This document shows, in pieces, positions 1 to 8,000 of a stretch of DNA of 32,000 nt. The DNA comes from Trichodesmium erythraeum IMS101 (lineage in GTDB: Bacteria > Cyanobacteriota > Cyanobacteriia > Cyanobacteriales > Microcoleaceae), in NCBI RefSeq assembly GCF_000014265.1, contig NC_008312.1:3330001-3362000 (forward strand), written 5' to 3'. Both the position numbers and the translations under genes were made by a program. The number at the start of each line of letters is the position of its first letter. The stretch's first letter is position 1. The notes under the pieces were generated by a model that had not been told where the DNA came from, ran no database searches, and was given only the letters and a program-made list of their open reading frames with translations.

Positions 1-1
1 T

Positions 2-991
2 CAAAAGGAAGAGGTTCAAAAAAAAATAGTATCTGATTCTTTTTCGTTATCTGAAATAAACCCCAACCAAACGTTTAATATTATTGATGATAATGTTGTG
101 GAAAATCAGAAAAATCAGTGTCTTGATGATAATAATTATGTTTATTTGGCGATAGATTTAAAATTAGAAAGCACAAAAATTCAGAAAAATGATGCAGACA
201 AATTCCTGGTTAATACATGGTTGGCAATTCCTCAATCTTCTCAAAGTTTTTATCATAAAAATTTGTTAAATACTTTTGAATATAATCGAACTTATAGTCA
301 GGCAGAGGTTGAAGAAAAAATTATGAAACTAATTGCAGAATGTAATGAAGAATTAGCAAATATTTTCCCTCCAGAAAAAGATTGGGAGATTGCTATAGAA
401 TGGGTTCTTCCTAATAATTTATTATCTCTACCTGTTGACTGTTGGGAGTATCGAAAAAATGAAAGGATAGGACGTGGTAAATTTCTTTCTGTTCATATTC
501 GTTCATCTCAACGTTTACACATAGCTTATAAACATTATCATAAATCATGGAAAGATAAATGGAACTATCTTCAGGGAAACATACAAAATATTAATTTGGG
601 TAACTATATTTTAGCTTGCCAATGTCAAAATATTAATGATAATTATTTGAAAAATATTGATAATAAAAAGAAGATTCTGGGGATTAATTTCCCCTTCAAA
701 ATAGAAGAGTTAGAAAATATTACTTATGAGTTAATGATAGAAACAGGAATTCCTATAGCTTTGTGGTCTAGATGTAAAGAGTCTAATGTGAATCACCTTA
801 TAGATTTAGATACATTGATAAACCCCAATAATGAAAATGTTTTAAATCTACAAAATTTACCTGAATATGTGGAACAGAAGAGGTTAGACTCTCATTCAAA
901 TGACCCTCATCATTTAGGACATCATCTTTGCTTTTTATGTGAAAATCCTTATAATTATCCAATAAAAAGAAAATTAAATTTTGGGTATTAA
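2..991 (+). CDS. 3' part of a larger protein that runs off the left edge. The C-terminal region resembles a VMAP-C (vWA-MoxR-associated protein C-terminal) domain.
   Basis: Frame 2 is open from nt 2, with no stop before the GTG at 98 used by the ORF track. The stop TAA is at 989-991. The block IEWVLPNNLLSLPVDCWEY...GKFLSVHIRSSQRL recalls the LPxxLLxxPVxxW ... hhhRSxxR pattern I associate with VMAP-C. The gene lies directly upstream of a MoxR-type ATPase. The domain call is from memory and was not searched. Confidence 0.55.
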   Translation, partial: QKEEVQKKIVSDSFSLSEINPNQTFNIIDDNVVENQKNQCLDDNNYVYLAIDLKLESTKIQKNDADKFLVNTWLAIPQSSQSFYHKNLLNTFEYNRTYSQAEVEEKIMKLIAECNEELANIFPPEKDWEIAIEWVLPNNLLSLPVDCWEYRKNERIGRGKFLSVHIRSSQRLHIAYKHYHKSWKDKWNYLQGNIQNINLGNYILACQCQNINDNYLKNIDNKKKILGINFPFKIEELENITYELMIETGIPIALWSRCKESNVNHLIDLDTLINPNNENVLNLQNLPEYVEQKRLDSHSNDPHHLGHHLCFLCENPYNYPIKRKLNFGY

Positions 992-1034
992 TTTAGTACT
1001 GTTTATTAGCTGACCTTGTGGGAAAAATTAATGG

Positions 1035-1995
1035 ATTTGGTAGTAACATTTTATCAGTTTATTAATTTTGAAACCTGAAACATAACACCTGAGAAAAAAA
1101 AGAATGAATTTTGTTAATTCTTACACCTAATACCTAACACCTGAAACTTAAAATTTTAGAAAAAAGAAAAAATTTTGTTCCTTTTTAAACCTCAAACCTA
1201 AAGCCTAAAGCCTAAAAACTAAAGCCTAAAACCTAAAACCTAAAACCTAAAGCCTAAAACCTAAAACCTAAAACCTAAAACCTAAAACCTAAAGCCTAAA
1301 ACCTAAAACCTAAAGTAACACCTAAAACTCATGAGTAAAAAGAACAAATTTTGTTAATTTTTAAACCTAAAACCTAAAGCCTAAAACCTAAAACCTAAAA
1401 CCTAAAGCCTAAAACCTAAAACCTAAAGTAACACCTAAAACTCATGAGTAAAAAGAACAAATTTTGTTAATTTTTAAACCTAAAACCTAAAGCCTAAAAC
1501 CTAAAGCCTAAAACCTAAAACCTAAAACCTAAAACCTAAAACCTAAAGTAACACCTAAAACTCATGAGTAAAAAGAACAAATTTTGTTAATTTTTAAACC
1601 TAAAACCTAAAACCTAAAACCTAACACCTAAAACCCAATACCTAAAGCCTAAAACCTAACACCTAAAACCTAAAACCTAAAGCCTAAAACCTAAAACCTA
1701 AAGCCTAAAACCTAAAACCTAAAGTAACACCTAAAACTCATGAGTAAAAAGAACAAATTTTGTTAATTTTTAAACCTAAAACCTAAAGCCTAAAACCTAA
1801 TACCTAACACCTAAAACCTAAAGCCTAAAACCTAACACCTAAAACCTAAAGTAACACCTAAAACTCATGAGTAAAAAGAACAAATTTTGTTAATTTTTAA
1901 ACCTAAAACCTAAAGCCTAAAACCTAACACCTAACACCTAATACCTAAAGTCTAATACCTAAAACCTAAAACCTAACACCTAACACCTAAAACTT
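1035..1995 (+). repeat. Compound tandem repeat. Heptanucleotide arrays (consensus CCTAAAA, variants CCTAAAG/CCTAACA/CCTAATA) are organised into 5-7 higher-order units of about 113-176 bp.
   Basis: Direct reading. A 35-nt head ATTTGGTAGTAACATTTTATCAGTTTATTAATTTT (1035-1069) is followed by heptamer runs. The runs are interrupted by a conserved core CACCTAAAACTCATGAGTAAAAAGAACAAATTTTGTTAATTTTTAAACC, whose ATG falls at 1331, 1444, 1564, 1740 and 1867. Two degenerate cores lie near 1100 and 1170. The last unit merges into the real MoxR start at 1996. Confidence 0.95.
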
Positions 1996-2943
1996 ATGAG
2001 TAATTGGCAAATTTTTAAGGGAAATAATACACCTCATACTGTTAGTAAATGGCCGGAACCTCCCCCTTGGCGGAATTTTAATCAACAGCAGGAACCAAAG
2101 AATAATTTTCAAGCAAATGAGAAAGTTATTAACGCTGTTAATATGGCTATTTATTTACATCGCCCACTTTTGGTAACAGGAAAACCAGGAACCGGTAAAT
2201 CTAGTTTAGCGAGGGCGATCGCTTCGGAATTACAATTAGGAAAAGTCTTACATTGGCCAATTAATACCCGGAGTACTTTACAGGAGGGATTATATTATTA
2301 TGACGCGATCGCTCGTCTACAGGATGCTCAAATTAATCAACAGGAAAAAGATAAGTTTAATATTGGAAATTATATACGTTTAGGAGCTTTAGGAACTGCG
2401 ATGTGTTCTTCTGAAAAACCGAGGGTATTACTAATTGATGAAATTGATAAAAGTGACATTGATTTACCTAATGATTTACTCAATATTTTTGAGGATGGCT
2501 ATTTTATTATTAAAGAACTACAAAGATTGAAAAAATATCAGAATTCTCAAAAAATAAGTGTTGAAACTTATGATGGTAAGACTCATAAAGTTGAGGATGG
2601 AATGATAGCCTGCAAGAAATTTCCTATTGTAATAATGACGAGTAATGGAGAAAGAGAATTTCCTTTACCTTTTAAGCGTCGCTGTATTCAACTAGAAATT
2701 AATGAACCTAATATTGAGGAACTAACTAATATTATTAAAGCCCATTTAGGAGATGATTTAACTCAAGATATTGAAGCAAGAATTTCTGAGTTTGTGAAAA
2801 AAAGAGACAAGGGACCTTTGGCAACAGATCAATTACTTAATGTGGCATTTATGTTGATGAATAAGCCATTGCCTAATGCTGGGGAAAAAGAGGAAATAAT
2901 TCAACGTTTAATGGCATATCTCAACACAACTGGAGAAGAATAA
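1996..2943 (+). CDS. MoxR-like / AAA_5-type AAA+ ATPase
   Basis: 315-aa ORF with an ATG start. Walker A is GKPGTGKS, Walker B is VLLIDEIDKSD, sensor-1-like is IVIMTSN, and an Arg pair is FKRRC. Size and motif spacing are typical of MoxR/AAA_5 chaperone-like ATPases. A vWA-containing protein is encoded downstream. Confidence 0.85.
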   Translation: MSNWQIFKGNNTPHTVSKWPEPPPWRNFNQQQEPKNNFQANEKVINAVNMAIYLHRPLLVTGKPGTGKSSLARAIASELQLGKVLHWPINTRSTLQEGLYYYDAIARLQDAQINQQEKDKFNIGNYIRLGALGTAMCSSEKPRVLLIDEIDKSDIDLPNDLLNIFEDGYFIIKELQRLKKYQNSQKISVETYDGKTHKVEDGMIACKKFPIVIMTSNGEREFPLPFKRRCIQLEINEPNIEELTNIIKAHLGDDLTQDIEARISEFVKKRDKGPLATDQLLNVAFMLMNKPLPNAGEKEEIIQRLMAYLNTTGEE

Positions 2944-2954
2944 TAATTAAAATG

Positions 2955-3091
2955 ATAGCTTGTAGTATTGGGCTTAAGTTATTAGATAAAGTAGTTATAG
3001 AACAGCTCGCAGTAGATGGCTGCAGTTATTAGAAAAAGTAGTTATAAGATAGCTAGTAGTATTTTTTTTAGATATTAGAAAAACTAGTAGA
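2955..3091. repeat. About 2.5-3 copies of a ~47-bp direct repeat
   Basis: AGTTATTAGATAAAGTAGTTATAGAACAGCTCGCAGTAG (2977-3015) matches AGTTATTAGAAAAAGTAGTTATAAGATAGCTAGTAGTAT (3024-3062). Partial copies flank both. Read by eye. Confidence 0.6.
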
Positions 3092-3208
3092 GTTTTAGCC
3101 CGAAGATCCAGCATATTTCACCTGGATGAGGTTAAATTACTCCAAGTAATACACCTGTCTATTGTTGATAAATATTCTACAATTTATACAAAATAATGTT
3201 ATACTCTA

Positions 3209-3715
3209 ATGGCTGTTAAAATAGTGAATAATATGGTTTGTTACGTTAAAATAGATATTATTGAATCAGCGGAAGAACTAAAAGAAATATTATCTCGACA
3301 GACAGATATAAAGCTCAAGCAAAAAGTACAAGCATTATATTGGCTTAAAATAGGAGCAGTAAATACTATTGAAAATATATCAATATTATTAGGATGTCAT
3401 CGAACAACTGTATCACGATGGTTTAGTACATATAGAAAGTTGGGTATAGAAGGTTTATTGAAGAAGAAAAAAATTTTGGGTAGACCTAGAAAAATATCAC
3501 CTATGTTAGAAAAAAAACTTAGAGATGAGCTAAAAGATATAGAGAGTTTTAAGAGTTATAATGAAGTGCAAACATGGTTAAAAGCAATGTGGGATATTAA
3601 TCTGCCATACTCAACAGTACATCGGTATGTTTATTATAATTTAAATACTAAATTAAAAGGGTCACCTCCAATAAGTAGTCAACAAAATTCAACAGCAGTT
3701 GAGGACTCAAAATAA
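3209..3715 (+). pseudogene. IS630-family-like transposase remnant. Only the N-terminal HTH / winged-helix part is present, and no DDE domain follows.
   Basis: The residues ...ISILLGCHRTTVSRWFSTYRKLGIEGLLKKKKILGRPRKISP...YSTVHRYVYYNLNTKLKG resemble the orfA/HTH region of cyanobacterial IS630-type transposases (from memory). The ORF stops at 168 aa, and downstream frames are broken. No catalytic domain and no clear terminal inverted repeats were found. Confidence 0.55.
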
Positions 3716-5014
3716 AATATTTTAACTACTATCGAAGGTAATTGAAAAATTGAAAATAACGGGTAAGTAAATTTTGGAACAGAGTTAAGTTTTACCTAAC
3801 TATTTAACTATCAGCTATCAGCTATTGAATGCTTACCTAATTATTTATCTCTACTTTATATACTTACTAAATACTTAATAGGCTAAGTTTCTACTACAAA
3901 AAAAATTATTACTTATTTACTGTCAGGTTAGTTTTTCCTTCTATTGCCTACTAAATTATGTTTGAAAAATTCATAGCTTTTATAAAGACAAAAGAATGGC
4001 AACTTGATTCGATGCAAATAGCAGAAGTTTTATGGTTTGTGCACCAAGTTAGTGAACAAAAACAGGAAGAAAATAATTCTCAAAATTTAGTTTCAAGTAA
4101 TACGGAGGAGCTAGCTGAAAACTTTGATCAATCTTATGACTTTCAACTTTCAAAAACAGCTAGTATTCAACAACCAAAAAAAACGCCTACTAGGTCTTCG
4201 TCTTCTCAATATCCTTTAACTACTTCATCATCAAATAAATCTCAAAATACAGAAATTCAACCAACATCTTTGACTACTGAAAAATTGCCTATCAAATTAC
4301 CAGACATAGCAATTTTGCGTAATACTCTAGAATTAAGTCGCCTAAGTAGTCAACAAAATTCAACAGCAGTTGAGGACTCAAAATAAAATATTTTAACTAC
4401 TATCGAAGGTAATTGAAAAATTGAAAATAACGGGTAAGTAAATTTTGGAACAGAGTTAAGTTTTACCTAACTATTTAACTATCAGCTATCAGCTATTGAA
4501 TGCTTACCTAATTATTTATCTCTACTTTATATACTTACTAAATACTTAATAGGCTAAGTTTCTACTACAAAAAAAATTATTACTTATTTACTGTCAGGTT
4601 AGTTTTTCCTTCTATTGCCTACTAAATTATGTTTGAAAAATTCATAGCTTTTATAAAGACAAAAGAATGGCAACTTGATTCGATGCAAATAGCAGAGGTT
4701 TTATGGTTTGTGCACCAAGTTAGTGAACAAAAACAGGAAGAAAATAATTCTCAAAATTTAGTTTCAAGTAATACGGAGGAGCTAGCTGAAAACTTTGATC
4801 AATCTTATGACTTTCAACTTTCAAAAACAGCTAGTATTCAACAACCAAAAAAAACGCCTACTAGGTCTTCGTCTTCTCAATATCCTTTAACTACTTCATC
4901 ATCAAATAAATCTCAAAATACAGAAATTCAACCAACATCTTTGACTACTGAAAAATTGCCTATCAAATTACCAGACATAGCAATTTTGCGTAATACTCTA
5001 GAATTAAGTCGCCT
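3673..5014 (+). repeat. Perfect-register tandem duplication, 2 x 671 bp (copy 1 is 3673-4343, copy 2 is 4344-5014)
   Basis: By eye the two copies are identical apart from one substitution that I found (A at 4026 versus G at 4697, synonymous Glu). Each copy holds ~285 bp of IS-remnant/leader sequence plus the first ~386 nt of the large vWA gene. Confidence 0.95.
3958..4386 (+). pseudogene. Truncated duplicate of the N-terminus (about aa 1-129) of the 1911-aa vWA protein, fused to a 13-aa out-of-context tail. It may be expressed as a stand-alone N-terminal domain.
   Basis: Same leader, ATG and first 129 codons as the CDS at 4629. The reading frame then crosses the duplication junction (4343/4344) into IS-remnant sequence and ends with SSQQNSTAVEDSK*, the same tail as the ORF at 3209. 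Confidence 0.8.
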
Positions 5015-8000
5015 TATTAAACCCTTCAAACAAAAGGTAAACTCTCGAGTTGCTCAGGAATTAGATGTTAATGAAACTGCCAAAATAAGTGCAGAACTTA
5101 GTACCCTGAATTTTCCCCGTTATTTTCCAGTTTTAACTCCTAAAAAAGAACGTTGGTTAGATGTTGTTTTGCTCATAGAAGATAGTGATTCAATGATTCT
5201 TTGGCAGTCTTTATTGCCAGAAGTTAGAGATTTTCTAGAACATTTAGGAGCATTTCGAGATATCAAACTTTATCGCATAAAATGGGATAATAATTCAGAA
5301 AATTTACAAATTTATCCTTTTCATTCTCCTTCTCTGACTCTATCTCCTCAAGAATTAAATTCATCCGATCATAGACGGTTAATTTTGATGCTTAGTGATT
5401 GTATTTCCCTAGCTTGGATTAATCAGAAATTTATTAATATTCTTCAAAAATGGGCAACAAAAGAAAAGTTGACTATCCTCAATCCTTTTCCTGAAAGAAT
5501 GTGGGAAAATACAAATCTTTGTTATGCAATTAGACTGCGATTAGGAAATAATAAAAAGCAAAATTCGACTCAAAAATGGGATGCAATTCCTATTGAGTAT
5601 TGGCAAGAAAAATACCTTAATCAACAAACAGTTAAATTACCAATTCTAAATTTAGAACCAAAGTCAATGGCTGCTTGGGTTAATGTTATGGTAGGAAAAG
5701 GAATCAGTTGGTGTGCTGGTGCTGGGTTAGGTTTAGAATTGATGGGTCCAGAGCCAGAAGAAGAGGAAGAACCTCTCACTCCTAGAGAACAAATTAATAA
5801 TTTTTATGCCACTTTTTCCAAGGAAGCTTGGCAATTAATTCAATGGTTATCTGCTATTCCAATTAATCTTTCTACTATTCGTTTAATACAACGAGCTTTA
5901 TTACCAAAGTCGACTCAAATTAATGTCGCAGAAGTATTAATGGGAGGATTATTAAGTCCGGTTAAACCTTTTAATTCTTATCGTTTTCCTCATCAAATTG
6001 AGTTTGAATTTCAACCGGGAATTAGGGAGATATTTTTAGACCGTTTAGGAGGAAAAGAATTTTGTATTGGGGTTATTGGTCGTTTAACTGAAAAAATTGC
6101 TAGTCATTTTGGATATGAAACTATTCGAGAATTTGAAGCAATTCTATTAAATGAACCTTGGAATTTTCGGGATGATCAAGATATTAGATTAATTCACACT
6201 TTTGCGACTATATCTATCTCAACTCTTAGGCAATATGGAGATAAATATACTGATTATATTCCCAAGTTAGATAGAAGTCGCGCTCAGTTATATTTGATGT
6301 CTGAAGTTCCAGGAGAATCTATAAATTGGAGAGATTTTCTGGAAAAAGTCGCTCAAAAATATCGTTTAAGTTCTATTCAAAAAGAAATTTTAATTAATCT
6401 ATTTCCAAGTTCCCAAGAATTTCTTTCTATTTCTGAACTAGCTCAAAAACTTCTCAGTTCGGCTTCAGTTATTAAAGGTCGCTTAAATCATATTTTTCCT
6501 AAATTTGAAAGTAAAAATCCAGATTTATTTGCATCTCAAAAATATTCTCGACTAGAAGCTCTGCATTTATTTTTATCTTCTGAATATAAAAATTCATATA
6601 TTCCTCAAATTCTTGAAAATGATCAAATTGAGGAAAATTTACAAGACTTGAATTCTGAAGTTCCAGGAGAGTCTGTAAAATGGAGAGATTTTCTGGAAAA
6701 AGTCGCTCAAGAGTATGATTTAACTTCTATTCAAAAAGAAATTTTAATTAATCTATTTCCAAGTTCCCAAGAATTTCTTTCTATTTCTGAACTAGCTCAA
6801 AAACTTCTCAGTTCGGCTTCAGTTATTAAAGGTCGCTTAAATCATATTTTTCCTAAATTTGAAAATAAAAATCCAGATTTATTTGCATCTCAAAAATATT
6901 CTCGACTAGAAGCTCTGCATTTATTTTTATCTTCTGAATATGTAAATTCATATATTCCTCAAACTCTTGAAAATGATCAAATTGAGGAAAATTTACAAGA
7001 CTTGAATTCTGAAGTTCCAGGAGAGTCTGTAAAATGGAGAGATTTTCTGGAAAAAGTCGCTCAAGAGTATGATTTAACTTCTATTCAAAAAGAAATTTTA
7101 ATTAATCTATTTCCAAGTTCCCAAGAATTTCTTTCTATTTCTGAACTAGCTCAAAAACTTCTCAGTTCGGCTTCAGTTATTAAAGGTCGCTTAAATCATA
7201 TTTTTCCTAAATTTGAAAGTAAAAATCCAGATTTATTTGCATCTCAAAAATATTCTCGACTAGAAGCTCTGCATTTATTTTTATCTTCTGAATATAAAAA
7301 TTCATATATTCCTCAAATTCTTGAAAATGATCAAATTGAGGAAAATTTACAAGACTTGAATTCTGAAGTTCCAGGAGAGTCTGTAAAATGGAGAGATTTT
7401 CTGGAAAAAGTCGCTCAAGAGTATGATTTAACTTCTATTCAAAAAGAAATTTTAATTAATCTATTTCCAAGTTCCCAAGAATTTCTTTCTATTTCTGAAC
7501 TAGCTCAAAAACTTCTCAGTTCGGCTTCAGTTATTAAAGGTCGCTTAAATCATATTTTTCCTAAATTTGAAAATAAAAATCCAGATTTATTTGCATCTCA
7601 AAAATATTCTCGACTAGAAGCTCTGCATTTATTTTTATCTTCTGAATATGTAAATTCATATATTCCTCAAACTCTTGAAAATGATCAAATTGAGGAAAAT
7701 TTACAAGACTTGAATTCTGAAGTTCCAGGAGAGTCTGTAAAATGGAGAGATTTTCTGGAAAAAGTCGCTCAAGAGTATGATTTAACTTCTATTCAAAAAG
7801 AAATTTTAATTAATCTATTTCCAAGTTCCCAAGAATTTCTTTCTATTTCTGAACTAGCTCAAAAACTTCTCAGTTCGGCTTCAGTTATTAAAGGTCGCTT
7901 AAATCATATTTTTCCTAAATTTGAAAGTAAAAATCCAGATTTATTTGCATCTCAAAAATATTCTCGACTAGAAGCTCTGCATTTATTTTTATCTTCTGAA

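Noticed and set aside
1035-1995. Possible CRISPR array, given the regular repeats interrupted by other sequence
   Set aside because: The basic period is 7 nt. The 'spacers' are themselves heptamer runs or a conserved core, with no unique spacers, and no cas genes are in the window.
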